Source: a virus (Duplodnaviria; Caudoviricetes). Taken from it: a stretch of DNA of 64,000 bases. The stretch spans positions 14,916 through 78,915 of the IMG/VR virus record IMGVR_UViG_3300014204_000161; one strand, written 5' to 3'. Both the position numbers and the translations under genes were made by a program. Below the pieces are notes generated by a model, which worked only from the letters and a program-made list of their open reading frames with translations, searched no databases and was not told the DNA's origin. Every line of letters begins with the position of its first letter. The stretch's first letter is position 1. Positions 16,435 through 26,151 of this stretch are shown here, in pieces.

Positions 16435-18354
16435 ATGATCAATTCCTTTATTCAATTGGTTCATGAATCAGCAGAAGTTAGTGAAATGGGGCTAAAGAAT
16501 ATCGAAACTCTTACTAACAGTGAACTTGGTCCAATACGAAAATTCACGTTAGTGTTAAAAGAGCTTCTCACCGCAATGCGAGCAATGAAAGGTTCCGACA
16601 TCGTAATGGAACAACAATCAAACCAAAGAAGATACTATCCAAGGTTACCACAGAATGTAGTTGCTCTGATGAGAGAGCTGCAATCAGTTGATCAAGGAAA
16701 GACCGATGCCACCATCGGTAATTGGAAGGACTTAGACCCAGATAATTGGGACACAATCTATTTCAAAACGGACGCACCTGATTTGTATCAGAGAAGCCAT
16801 TTTCCAAATGGTGGAATTCCAGTTAGTTTGCGTGGAATAGGACTCGGTGGAAAATTATATCGAGCCTTAGTAAAAAAAGTCGGATACATTTCTTCTAATA
16901 CTAGCGGTACTCGAGAGAAGGATAATGCATGGGGAACTCTATTATCATTCAAGGGAAATCCAGACGGAACTCCTTCTAGCGAAGATGTTCATGGAATAGT
17001 CGGGCCTAGCAGTTGGATGGCAATTGATAGGAGTTTGCCTGATAACAAGAAAGCTGAAATTGCCATGAATTTCATAAATGGATCAATTAGGCCTCGCAAT
17101 ACTGACCCAAACGAATTCGACATGGACGATGATTTGCTGGATGTTTTACCTGACGATTTTTTATCCGGCCTGAGTGGAGCTTATTTAAGATCTTTGGTTA
17201 CTCGCGGTAGGCTTACCCAGGAACGCTTGCACCAAATTGAATCTTCACGTGGAGAAGCAGAACGTCGTGAACGCGAAAGAATGGAAACTGCCGCTGCTGC
17301 TGAGAGGGAAAGATTGGCTAGGGAAGAACGACTGACACGAAAGAGACTCATTGCAAGGATTGCACGGTTCGGTGCTGATCCGGACGCCGATTGGGATCTT
17401 AGGGATTACATTGTCGTGAAGCAGTACCTGTACCAAGCAGATTACGAACTGTTGCCAATTCGAAGAGTTGAGGCTATCCGTAATGGCGAGTATGTTGCAG
17501 TTAGTATCAAAGACGCGATTAGACTTCAAAATAACGAAATAACTCTTGACCAGTGCGGTGATACTCGAACTACTCGCGATAAAACGCGTTGGGTAAAAGT
17601 AAATCTTAACGAAATTCCAGATCTTGACAATGTAAACTTGAGTCCACCAGAAAAGAGATACATTGAATCTCAATTGAATCCTGACGTAGCTGCAAGAATA
17701 CAAGCAGAAAGAGACGAAGAAGAAAGATTAAGAAGGGAAAGAGAGCGCGAAGCAAATGCTCCTAGAGTTACTGCGAATAGACCTGCTGAAACTTTTGGAA
17801 TGGTTCCATCTGGCGGAGCAGAAATTAAAGATTGGTTAACTGATCGCCCAAATCATTCAACTTACCAGAACACATTGAGACTGTTCAAGGATCCAAGGTT
17901 CGTTCGTGAAATGCGATTCATTGTTCTTGGCCCTCCACAGAGAGCCGCAATGCGAAATTCTTGGGGAATTCCGGTGTTCATCCCTTGGATAAGAAACGGA
18001 AGAAACGGAATGCGGCCTATCATGACGATCGACGAATTGAATGGGTCAGCTCATCCGCATCTCACGAATGCAGTTACAGGATTCGAACTGGAAGGACCTT
18101 TTTCTGGATTGGGACTGACTGCTTATCCTTTAGCTGAAGTAACGATTGCTGATAAATTGGGAGCTAGAGCTGGAGAACACTTCTATGTCGCTGCTCATCA
18201 GAACACGTACGGAATAATTGCTAAAAGCGATTATGGAGCAGTCAATACGAATCGTCAGAGATTCATCTACATAAAGGCATACGGTTTTGCCGGTCGTAGC
18301 GTATCGGTTAGGCTCGATCTCCTGAGAAAGCTTGGAGCCCCTGTTGAAGTGTAA
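16435..18354 (+). CDS. Putative packaged protein with a GNAT-like acetyltransferase domain
   Basis: Leader MINSFIQLVHES; SLRGIGLGGKLYRAL matches the R/QxxGxG/A acetyl-CoA loop; E/R-rich coiled coils. Confidence 0.6.
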   Translation: MINSFIQLVHESAEVSEMGLKNIETLTNSELGPIRKFTLVLKELLTAMRAMKGSDIVMEQQSNQRRYYPRLPQNVVALMRELQSVDQGKTDATIGNWKDLDPDNWDTIYFKTDAPDLYQRSHFPNGGIPVSLRGIGLGGKLYRALVKKVGYISSNTSGTREKDNAWGTLLSFKGNPDGTPSSEDVHGIVGPSSWMAIDRSLPDNKKAEIAMNFINGSIRPRNTDPNEFDMDDDLLDVLPDDFLSGLSGAYLRSLVTRGRLTQERLHQIESSRGEAERRERERMETAAAAERERLAREERLTRKRLIARIARFGADPDADWDLRDYIVVKQYLYQADYELLPIRRVEAIRNGEYVAVSIKDAIRLQNNEITLDQCGDTRTTRDKTRWVKVNLNEIPDLDNVNLSPPEKRYIESQLNPDVAARIQAERDEEERLRREREREANAPRVTANRPAETFGMVPSGGAEIKDWLTDRPNHSTYQNTLRLFKDPRFVREMRFIVLGPPQRAAMRNSWGIPVFIPWIRNGRNGMRPIMTIDELNGSAHPHLTNAVTGFELEGPFSGLGLTAYPLAEVTIADKLGARAGEHFYVAAHQNTYGIIAKSDYGAVNTNRQRFIYIKAYGFAGRSVSVRLDLLRKLGAPVEV

Positions 18355-19096
18355 TGGGTGGATGTAATTCGTAGAATTTCGTTAACCTATCTTTGAATTG
18401 TAAGTAGTAATCCCTAATGTCACGAGCTTGCATTACGAAAGTTTGAGGCTCGTGAGTCTTTTCGTTAGAGATCAAAATTCGACAAACTGTTGTTTTTATT
18501 TTCATCCTATCCCAAACTGCAATGGCATATGCTGCAACTTGAAGCTTGTAATCGGTGATCCATGCTTCATCCTTTGGTTTCTTTGCAGTCTTGAAATCTA
18601 TGATAGAGTATTCGTTCGTAATTAGTTGGGATAAATTATCGAGAGTTCCTGCATATCCTCCATCTCGAGCAGTCCATAGGAATTTTTCCTGAGCGATCAC
18701 TACGTTAATATCGTTGAACGATCCGGCCCTAATGTAATTGTAAAAGAGAGCTCCACCAACAATCTTTGCACGATTGTCGAATTTATCGATCTCATCGTCC
18801 AATCTTGATAGGGATAGGGTTTCGTTTAATCGGTCAGCAGTGGATAGTGATAAAGGTAGGTTCAAGTAGATTTCACAAAGCCTGTGCATGACAGTTCCGC
18901 GTTTAGTAGCATCAGTGCTTACTTCATGAGCTTTCTTCTCGCCGATCCTGCCCTTCCATTCTTCTAGCCATTCCTTATCTGCAGTCTCTCCGAGGACCGA
19001 GGTCACACTCGGGAACGTTCCGATATATGTATCTCCATCCTTTACTTGATAGTACCTGAAACCATTAAGGGTGACTCTTTTTATTGTCTCACTCAT
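18308..19096 (-). CDS. PD-(D/E)XK Cas4/RecB-like exonuclease
   Basis: FPSVTSVLG...RGT.MH...E.Y...AGTLD...IIDFKT...QVAAY. Confidence 0.85.
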   Translation of the reverse strand: MSETIKRVTLNGFRYYQVKDGDTYIGTFPSVTSVLGETADKEWLEEWKGRIGEKKAHEVSTDATKRGTVMHRLCEIYLNLPLSLSTADRLNETLSLSRLDDEIDKFDNRAKIVGGALFYNYIRAGSFNDINVVIAQEKFLWTARDGGYAGTLDNLSQLITNEYSIIDFKTAKKPKDEAWITDYKLQVAAYAIAVWDRMKIKTTVCRILISNEKTHEPQTFVMQARDIRDYYLQFKDRLTKFYELHPPITLQQGLQAFSGDRA

Positions 19097-19154
19097 TCAA
19101 ATAAATAATTTAGTTAGCAAAGATTCTAGTACAAAAAATAGAGAAATAGTTTAC

Positions 19155-20081
19155 ATGAGCAATCCCTTGATCGAAAAAGAACAGAACAAAAGCTTCGTTG
19201 ACTGGCTTACTGGTAAGAAGGAAGTTGGCGAACCTGCACAAGCCGAACAGGGTAAACCTTCTGGCATGATGGGCGATAACGTAGAGCAATTTTACAAGGA
19301 CCTCGAAGATTTCGCAAGCTCAGGAAAAGCAATGACGGTTCAGAGCAAGGGGCAAATGACCTATTCTAAATTAGTGGAAGAGATTCAGTTGGCTTTGGAA
19401 TTATTAGGTTACAAGCTGCAAAGATTCGGAGTCGATGGGTTATTCGGTCCTGAAACTGCTCAAGCCATTCAGAAATTCAATGAAGACACCAAAGCTAATC
19501 CAGTAGACGAAGCCATCATTAACTTCAAAGATTTTACGTCTCATATTTACGAAGCGACGGAACCAGAAGTAACTGTCATTGACTCCGATTTAATTCGTAG
19601 ATTGATCGTCAACTTAAAGAATCGCAATTTTTCGCAGGCAGCAATCCAGAAACACGCTAGGCCACAGGGAGTTACTTTGACTTCTGAAGAAGACGAAGAA
19701 TTTTACAAGGCAATTCTAAAGGGAATTGGAGCAAATGAAACTCCAGAAAAGATAAAGTTCCTAAAGGCTTGGAGACAGGGCGAAGGTGGAAAGGCCAAGA
19801 ACAATCCGTTCAACACGACTAAGGACGTGAATGCCGGCGGAGTTTCGAATTACAATTCCGTTGGGGTAAAGAACTACCCAGATAGGCAGACCGGATTGAA
19901 TGCTACCATTTCGACATTACTTCTTCCTTACTACAAGAATTTGGTAGCCTTATTGCAGAATGATAACGTAACTGCTGATCAATTAGCAGCATGCCCAGAC
20001 CTTCATACTTGGGGAACTGGCGATAATGCTAGAAATGTTTTGGCTTCACGGAGTATCAATCCTCCGCCAATTTATGCCTGA
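19155..20081 (+). CDS. Peptidoglycan-binding domain plus lysozyme-like domain (endolysin or virion lysin)
   Basis: Start moved to ATG 19155; QLALELLGY...GVDGLFGPETAQAIQKF (PG_binding_1); C-terminal AW...EGG...NNPFNTT...V.NY...G..AT. Confidence 0.75.
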   Translation: MSNPLIEKEQNKSFVDWLTGKKEVGEPAQAEQGKPSGMMGDNVEQFYKDLEDFASSGKAMTVQSKGQMTYSKLVEEIQLALELLGYKLQRFGVDGLFGPETAQAIQKFNEDTKANPVDEAIINFKDFTSHIYEATEPEVTVIDSDLIRRLIVNLKNRNFSQAAIQKHARPQGVTLTSEEDEEFYKAILKGIGANETPEKIKFLKAWRQGEGGKAKNNPFNTTKDVNAGGVSNYNSVGVKNYPDRQTGLNATISTLLLPYYKNLVALLQNDNVTADQLAACPDLHTWGTGDNARNVLASRSINPPPIYA

Positions 20082-20764
20082 GACTCGACAATAATATCGT
20101 CGAAAACTACCGGAACCCTTTTCTTTACTTCGGCCAAAAGCGGTATCATTACCTCTCTCATTTGTGGGTGTGCAGCAGTGGCAGTCCTCTGCTTAAAAAT
20201 AGTTCGCCATTCACGGAAATTAGCAGTGACAACGATCTCAGTTTTTAGAGAATTCGGAAGAACTGCCCTAGCTTGCTGAGGTTGCCAACCGGCAGCTATC
20301 AATTCTAAGTAAGTTTTTTCGCTTTCGAGCAACGATTTTGCCCATTTGAGATCAAGGAGATTGGAGAATTGAACGTCCTTATTCCATTCGAAATTTTCCA
20401 ATGTGACTGAACCTTCCTGAGTATTCGGCATCCAACATGGAATGACGAACGTTATTTCGTTGTCGAATTTATCCTTTGAGTAATTGCAGTACCTCGTACT
20501 TTCCTGGGAAAATGATGCAAGACGATGACGAACGATTTCGTGAGATACTCCACGATCGATTATGAATTTTACGGTCATTGATGCATGTTCTATCACCGAT
20601 TCGTGATGCCTTCCCAGAATCATCTTTATGAAAGCTTTTGCAGATTCTTCGGTCATCTTATCCTCGCTCTTGTAACAGGTTCTTCCTGCCAATTCGATAA
20701 GCTTAAGTAAGTACTCAGTGTTCAGATCGCTGAGGATCTCGTACGATGGTTTAACTAATTTCAT
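20072..20764 (-). CDS. thyX: FAD-dependent thymidylate synthase
   Basis: HESVIEH and RHRLASFSQESTRY signature. Confidence 0.95.
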   Translation of the reverse strand: MKLVKPSYEILSDLNTEYLLKLIELAGRTCYKSEDKMTEESAKAFIKMILGRHHESVIEHASMTVKFIIDRGVSHEIVRHRLASFSQESTRYCNYSKDKFDNEITFVIPCWMPNTQEGSVTLENFEWNKDVQFSNLLDLKWAKSLLESEKTYLELIAAGWQPQQARAVLPNSLKTEIVVTANFREWRTIFKQRTATAAHPQMREVMIPLLAEVKKRVPVVFDDIIVESQA

Positions 20765-21179
20765 TAGGGTTCTGGCTATTTTTTAGACCTATGAATTTGA
20801 AGGTCTTTCCTTTATTTTCGTCGAAGTTCAAGCTTCTGAACGGTTCGCTATTTCCACCAAATTCCCAGATCTCTCCGTCCTTTGGCGCTGGTCTATCGTA
20901 TTCTGCTCTCAGTATTTCTAGCTTACGATTTAGAAATGCAATATCGTGCTGCAATTTCAGAGATTTCCATTCTGCATCCAATTGATCAATTACTGGGTCG
21001 TTGAAATTCTTGGTGACTCCCGTCTTATCGAACATGATCCAGTGATTGGAATTCATTATGTTCCATCTGGTTCCAGTAGTAAGTTGGTAAAGAAACAGAA
21101 GACGAGATTCTGTTATTTCACCGTGATCAGAAATTAGACGATTGAAGACCAGGTTTCCCAGATCGATTAAGTCCTTCAT
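20751..21179 (-). CDS. Hypothetical protein
   Basis: ORF in an overlapping operon; start uncertain. Confidence 0.55.
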   Translation of the reverse strand: MKDLIDLGNLVFNRLISDHGEITESRLLFLYQLTTGTRWNIMNSNHWIMFDKTGVTKNFNDPVIDQLDAEWKSLKLQHDIAFLNRKLEILRAEYDRPAPKDGEIWEFGGNSEPFRSLNFDENKGKTFKFIGLKNSQNPNEIS

Positions 21180-21786
21180 TGTTCTCTTCGATTTTTTTCT
21201 TCAACCAATCGTACTGAACTGGTTTGTAATCAGTTAAACACGCTGCAGCAGAGTAAGCATTCTTGATTGGGTACACGTTCTTGTGAGTGTGCCCATAAAT
21301 GTGATAAGTATCTCGGAAAGCTCCGTTATGTTCAGCTATTGGGTAATGAAATAGGACCAACTTACGAAGGTAATCGTAACCGATTGGATAGTTGGTAACT
21401 TCCTTGCACTTCACAAAGATTTCCTTGTAAGAAGAGAACTCGATTATGTTCGCTACTCTCTTCAGTTCTCGTTGCCAGGCTTCATCCACATGATAATCGT
21501 GATTTCCCCAGATCCATACTATTTTTCCAGGAAGATCCTTGAAACATTCCTTGACGTAACTCAATTTGGTTCGTGGCATTGCTGCATCTCCCAAAAAGAA
21601 TACTGTGTCAGTTGGCTGAACTAGAGAGAACCAGTTACCAATGATAGTCTTATCGTGTTCTTCGATGTTAGCAAATGAATGACGACCTTCTTCAAACTTC
21701 AAAACGTTATCGTGTCCGAAGTGGAGATCGCTAATGAACCAGGTGTCGGCTGGTTCGAATACTTGATTTTCGTTAAAATGTGACAT
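21127..21786 (-). CDS. Calcineurin-like metallophosphoesterase
   Basis: SDLHFGH, LGD, GNHD, HYP and GHTH motifs. Confidence 0.9.
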   Translation of the reverse strand: MSHFNENQVFEPADTWFISDLHFGHDNVLKFEEGRHSFANIEEHDKTIIGNWFSLVQPTDTVFFLGDAAMPRTKLSYVKECFKDLPGKIVWIWGNHDYHVDEAWQRELKRVANIIEFSSYKEIFVKCKEVTNYPIGYDYLRKLVLFHYPIAEHNGAFRDTYHIYGHTHKNVYPIKNAYSAAACLTDYKPVQYDWLKKKIEENNEGLNRSGKPGLQSSNF

Positions 21787-21900
21787 AATACTAACCTTAT
21801 ACTCGGATTTTAGAAATCGGTTTATTGGGATAAATAATATTCCGGTCTAAACCTAGTCAATTAGGCCGAGTAGAATAACAAAATTATAAAAACGAACGAC

Positions 21901-22098
21901 ATGTATTACTTAGTGAAAATCAGGTTCGAAGCGGACCAAGAAAATGGAAAGATCAAAAAAATTCGCGAACAGCATTTGATTCATGCTGAATCGGTTGGTG
22001 CTGCTGAAAAGAGCGCTCTGTCAAGGTTCGGTGGTGGAATCTCTCCGTGTTACATCGAGAGCGTCCAGGAATCGAAGATCATGAGCGTGATAGAATAG
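21901..22098 (+). CDS. DUF4494-family protein
   Basis: VKIRF...ENGKIKKIREQHLIHAES...AE...I.SV.ESKIM resembles Bacteroidota DUF4494. Confidence 0.7.
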   Translation: MYYLVKIRFEADQENGKIKKIREQHLIHAESVGAAEKSALSRFGGGISPCYIESVQESKIMSVIE

Positions 22099-22164
22099 AC
22101 TCTTCGCAATGATCTAAGTTGGTGAACCTGCTTCCATCGAGAAGCTTCTACCCAAAAGCCGGAT

Positions 22165-22207
22165 ATTTGCAAGTAAATCAGTTTACTAATGAATCCGGCT
22201 TTTTTTG
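22165..22207 (+). terminator. Terminator (long hairpin)
   Basis: AAAAGCCGGAT...ATCCGGC-TTTTTTT. Confidence 0.65.
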
Positions 22208-22229
22208 TGTGTGCCGGCTCGAGTGACAT

Positions 22230-22261
22230 AAAAAAAGGTCAGCCTCACGGTGACCTTTTTT
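22230..22261. terminator. Bidirectional terminator at the 3' end of the large RNA
   Basis: A7-GGTCA-N9-TGACC-T6. Confidence 0.75.
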
Positions 22262-22262
22262 A

Positions 22263-22690
22263 ATATCGTTCAGCAGAACGTACGGAAGGAATAGGGTTTA
22301 CCTCCAGTTTGATACTATGCTACAAGTTTACGACGACCTTCAACTCCCTCTGTCGAGGGCGACTCAAAACAGGTTAGCTGCCAGTCTGAATCGCTGTCGT
22401 GTCACCACAACAAATTGAGTGCCTTATCCCACACAGCTGAGAATTATTCGGCCACAAGACGGGGGTCTTGTATACCCGTACGTCGTTTGCAAGATACCAT
22501 TGGATTATGCATCCAGTATATCTAAATCAAAACCTCGAGTTCCGATGGTTAGTCGGTTCACGGCGACCGCTTAGTCACTGTCTTCATGCGGGGCATCCCC
22601 CTAACTCGAACCGTTACTCACTTTTGCAATATGAGTTGTTCCAGCACGCACTAGGACCAGATTCATGACTCCCTGATCCCTCTGCCAAAC
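22263..22690 (-). ncRNA. Large structured non-coding RNA (ROOL/GOLLD-type candidate)
   Basis: No credible CDS; flanked by promoter GGGTATAAT (~22740-22748) and a terminator; multiple hairpins and a long-range ACGTACGG/CCGTACGT helix. Confidence 0.7.
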
Positions 22691-22776
22691 GCAATAAAAT
22701 AAATAACTTAAAAATGTATTTGAAGTATGTTCGGAAGTAATTATACCCAGCTTTTAGAAAACGGTTTTGAAAAAGT

Positions 22777-23004
22777 TTAATTTTTTGTTGGGTAAGGTGA
22801 AGTATCGCCGCGTTCCTTTCTGCGAAGGACTGCCATTTGACGGTCTGATGCTCTACCGTGCTGCTTCTTCATGATCGTGTCAAGAACTTCTCCTAAGTAC
22901 TTATCTCCGTAAACTATGGCGCGCCAGTACTTCTCAGATTTTATTTCATGAGGAAACTTGTTCTCGTTCAAGAATTCTTCTACGGATTTAACTGGATTTC
23001 GCAT
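22777..23004 (-). CDS. Putative internal head protein
   Basis: Leader MRNPVKSVEEFLNE. Confidence 0.65.
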   Translation of the reverse strand: MRNPVKSVEEFLNENKFPHEIKSEKYWRAIVYGDKYLGEVLDTIMKKQHGRASDRQMAVLRRKERGDTSPYPTKN

Positions 23005-23248
23005 GCTCTTCTTCTTTTTTGAGGCGCTTAACGTTTACTCTATACCGATAGCGAGAGTAAAACGATAGTCCAAAGAACAGCCCCGCTATACAGTACATAA
23101 TGAAATTGGCGTACCAAAGACTCCCAGTCTGAACGTAGAACCAATACTGAACGGCATCGAACCCAAATGGATTGAAGAACAGACCGATCATCATCGCCCA
23201 GTTCGCTAGATTGCCCAGTCTCTTTATTTTCTTTTCTTTCAAGGTCAC
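22988..23248 (-). CDS. Two-TM membrane protein
   Basis: GLFFNPFGFDA...LW.ANFIMY..AGLFFG. Confidence 0.65.
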   Translation of the reverse strand: MTLKEKKIKRLGNLANWAMMIGLFFNPFGFDAVQYWFYVQTGSLWYANFIMYCIAGLFFGLSFYSRYRYRVNVKRLKKEEEHAKSS

Positions 23249-23328
23249 TATCCATGGCTAATTACGTTTTCAGAGCTTCCGAAATTTACGGGCTAGGGAG
23301 ATCCATCTCTTGATCTCAATGTTATTTA

Positions 23329-23571
23329 TCACCACTTGCGTTCGCCTTCGTCTAATGCGCAATGAAATCCCTGAAGTCTTGTCTTAGCTTCCAAGAAACA
23401 TCCGCATATTTTGCACTGAACGAAGGTCGCATTGTAATGCTCGCAGGTTTTGCAAATGTTCAGCCTACGAGTTTTCTCCGTTTCGGAAACAAAAACTTTA
23501 TCGAGAATTCGACTTAGGAAAGTTGGTTGAGGTTGGGGTTTTCCGGCTCCTCCGCAGCAGTGATCTGACAT
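23329..23571 (-). CDS. Small Cys-rich (DUF6171-like) protein
   Basis: RLNICKTC...QCKICGCFLEAK...C...KW. Confidence 0.75.
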   Translation of the reverse strand: MSDHCCGGAGKPQPQPTFLSRILDKVFVSETEKTRRLNICKTCEHYNATFVQCKICGCFLEAKTRLQGFHCALDEGERKW

Positions 23572-23948
23572 CAGTATTTGGCGTACATTTTTTCTTCTAC
23601 TAGTTGTGAACCAGTATCTTTATTTATAGCTCTTTTGATTGCAGATCTATCATCATTTGTGAAATAAACTGATCTTGCCAATTCGATGAATTCATTGTCG
23701 AATTCTTGCTTTGCTTCCTTCGTCCTGATCGCATCTTCGATGTCCCATAACTTTTCGTTCACCACCATTAGCTGTATGTAGAACTCGTATATGTCAGGCT
23801 TGTGCCAAAATGGTTTAGCTGATTCCAATAGAAGATCTCTTTCGACTTCGGTATTTTTTAACTGATCAGGATTCGTAAGTTTCTTGAGTTTTAATTCGAG
23901 AATGCTGAGCTTATCAAGCAATTCTCCATTGGAAATTTCGACTAACAT
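23571..23948 (-). CDS. DUF6165-family protein
   Basis: EISNGELLDKLSILELK...VNEKLWDIEDAIR...EFIELARSVYFTNDDR..IK..IN...EEK.Y. Confidence 0.85.
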   Translation of the reverse strand: MLVEISNGELLDKLSILELKLKKLTNPDQLKNTEVERDLLLESAKPFWHKPDIYEFYIQLMVVNEKLWDIEDAIRTKEAKQEFDNEFIELARSVYFTNDDRSAIKRAINKDTGSQLVEEKMYAKY

Positions 23949-23951
23949 TGT

Positions 23952-24833
23952 TTACAACCATTTTTTTATTGACTCCATGACTTTCTCTGGAGTTATTGAC
24001 GTGTGACATTCGAATTGACGTGGCGTGCCCTTATACACTGGACACCAAAACCAGTCCTTACTGACGAAATCGAAATCAACTCCAACTCTATTCCAACACC
24101 CATGGCATACGGCCCTATTGATTATTCTAACGTAAGTATCATCAGCTAAATCGAATTCGTACCAATCTTCCGAAAAATTAGAAATCATCGCAACTCGTTG
24201 CCCAAGACCGTGAGCCAACCACGCTAAACCAGAAGAAAGTCCTACGAAGAATTCTGCATGCTCGATGTAATTTATCGTGTCGAGAAGCGAAAGGCCAAGT
24301 CTTTTCACCGATTTTTTCGGTATTCCATTGTAGTACGGAGGATTACCATACAGTTCGTCCTTTTCCGTGACCACTGGTGTGATGCCAGCCTTGCGTAACA
24401 TATCACATAAGGCGTTCCAATTTGGCGCTTCCTGCATCACCTTTGTACCACCTGGATGATTCCAGTACTTCAGTTGAGATGTTGAATGCACACCGATTAC
24501 TGCGTACTTGCCCTTAATTGGTCTATCCTTCTTGAAACTGTCTACTTTCGGGTGAATATAGACAGGATCAGAATAACCTAGCTGTTCCGCGAAATTTTGC
24601 TGAATTGGTTTGGTCCAACTGTGCATAAGGTTTATTATGCGATCTATGCCAGACGGTATTTCATTCACGTACTTGATGTTAGGAAACGACCTAGCAAAAA
24701 GGTTCTGGTGATAAGAATTTCCAAGCAAAGTTAGAACCTCATCACCAGATTCGATCGTGTACTTATTAACATAGGGCATTGCAGCGATAGCATCGCCCAA
24801 TGGGTACCCCATGTTTATCAAAGTTTTGCTCAT
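23952..24833 (-). CDS. AAH/TibC-like (GT9, autotransporter strand-loop-strand) O-heptosyltransferase
   Basis: LGDAIA, STSQLKYWN, FFVGLSSGLAWLA, ISNFS, CHGCWN...WCP...FEC four-Cys set. Confidence 0.85.
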   Translation of the reverse strand: MSKTLINMGYPLGDAIAAMPYVNKYTIESGDEVLTLLGNSYHQNLFARSFPNIKYVNEIPSGIDRIINLMHSWTKPIQQNFAEQLGYSDPVYIHPKVDSFKKDRPIKGKYAVIGVHSTSQLKYWNHPGGTKVMQEAPNWNALCDMLRKAGITPVVTEKDELYGNPPYYNGIPKKSVKRLGLSLLDTINYIEHAEFFVGLSSGLAWLAHGLGQRVAMISNFSEDWYEFDLADDTYVRIINRAVCHGCWNRVGVDFDFVSKDWFWCPVYKGTPRQFECHTSITPEKVMESIKKWL

Positions 24834-25753
24834 TACATATAGAGACGTTTTTCGTAGTTGTCAGTTGCTGCACGAATTACTCTGATCACGTCAATTGCAT
24901 CCTGCACTGCATCGTGCGTTACTTCTCCGCTCAGTCCAGCCCTGCGAATGCATTCGTTCAGGTTCGGAAGTCTTTCGTCTTCTTTCCAGTGAGTGAAGAA
25001 TTCGGCTGGGTCAATGATGCGCTGAGCGAACTGAATGTAATTCGACCAGCTTGGAAGTTTCTCAAGGAACTTCTTGTCGAACGATGCGAAGTTCTTTCCG
25101 GCAACGTTTACCGTTATCTGCTCAGTCCTCGATCCATGGTTCGGATAGATTCCATTTGCTGTGAGCCATATCCATAGGGATTTTGCGACCATTCCCTCTC
25201 CCATGATGTGATTGGTCTTACGGATCTTTTCGCGATCTTCTTTCCTTGCAGTTTCAAGAGAAGCCAGGATTGCGATAATCCAGTTGTTCATGTTGAGAGC
25301 GAACGGTTGACCCTGATAAAGCTGGTGTTCGACTATGCAGGAAAATCTTGGAAGTTCTTCTAGCGGTTTCAAATCCAGGGTGTCCTCTATCACAGCTCCA
25401 ACTTGGAGAATCTGACAGGTTTCGGGATCCAATCCAGTACTTTCAATATCAATCGATACATATTTCATTGTTCTGTAGTTTTTTATCAGTTCGACAAGGA
25501 TGTCTCCATGACACGATTTCGGTTTGCACCAACAGCCAAGAGTCTTTCCTTCCAATTCTTTAAGATCTTGCAACAGTTGAGGTTGGTTTAGGATCCAATT
25601 CCGATACGCTTCTATTGCTTCTTCCCGAGTTTCCACCCTGAATTCTGCACGAGTGCTATCTTTCAGATGAGTGAACGGATTCCCCCATTTACTAGGGCGC
25701 CCTATGTAAACATCATAGGGCTCCTTTTTGCAGTGTACTACTCGAGTTTCCAT
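24833..25753 (-). CDS. DUF4326 domain fused to a DEDDh 3'-5' exonuclease
   Basis: N-terminal YIGRPSKWGNPF...LGCWCKP..CHGD; C-terminal SIDIESTGLD...GKNFASFD...HDAVQDA. Confidence 0.85.
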   Translation of the reverse strand: METRVVHCKKEPYDVYIGRPSKWGNPFTHLKDSTRAEFRVETREEAIEAYRNWILNQPQLLQDLKELEGKTLGCWCKPKSCHGDILVELIKNYRTMKYVSIDIESTGLDPETCQILQVGAVIEDTLDLKPLEELPRFSCIVEHQLYQGQPFALNMNNWIIAILASLETARKEDREKIRKTNHIMGEGMVAKSLWIWLTANGIYPNHGSRTEQITVNVAGKNFASFDKKFLEKLPSWSNYIQFAQRIIDPAEFFTHWKEDERLPNLNECIRRAGLSGEVTHDAVQDAIDVIRVIRAATDNYEKRLYM

Positions 25754-26148
25754 TAGAAAGGGAGGTCGTCCTCCGGTTCAGCTGGTGCGATTGCTTCCTC
25801 ATTCGCTTGGACCGGATGCGCTTTGTCAGGAAATAAATCCGGATCTTCGAACACGTCGGTAACTTCGGGAGCTGCTTTCTTTTCGCGGAAGATTCTCCAT
25901 GCTTCGAGAGCATTGAAGTACTTTCCGTTCCATTCACGGCCCTTCACTTCGAAGGCAACACGAACAGTGTCACCAACGCCGAATGAATCAATCATATCAC
26001 ACTTGTCCTGAACGAGTTGGAAGATAATTTTTTGCGGGTACTTGCCATCAGTTTCGATGACGAACTCGCGTTTACGGAATCCTTTGTTGAAGGACTGGGC
26101 CGGAAATACTTCAAAGAGAATCCCGGTTAATTCAAGTTGATCTGCCAT
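25753..26148 (-). CDS. DUF3127-family OB-fold (putative ssDNA-binding) protein
   Basis: KREFVIET...YPQ.I.F...QDK...GREWNGKYFN.L.AW; acidic tail ending DDLPF. Confidence 0.85.
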   Translation of the reverse strand: MADQLELTGILFEVFPAQSFNKGFRKREFVIETDGKYPQKIIFQLVQDKCDMIDSFGVGDTVRVAFEVKGREWNGKYFNALEAWRIFREKKAAPEVTDVFEDPDLFPDKAHPVQANEEAIAPAEPEDDLPF

Positions 26149-26151
26149 AAA

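Noticed and set aside
22468-22668. 66-aa + strand ORF inside the large RNA
   Set aside because: No expression signals or protein-like features; antisense to a structured transcript.
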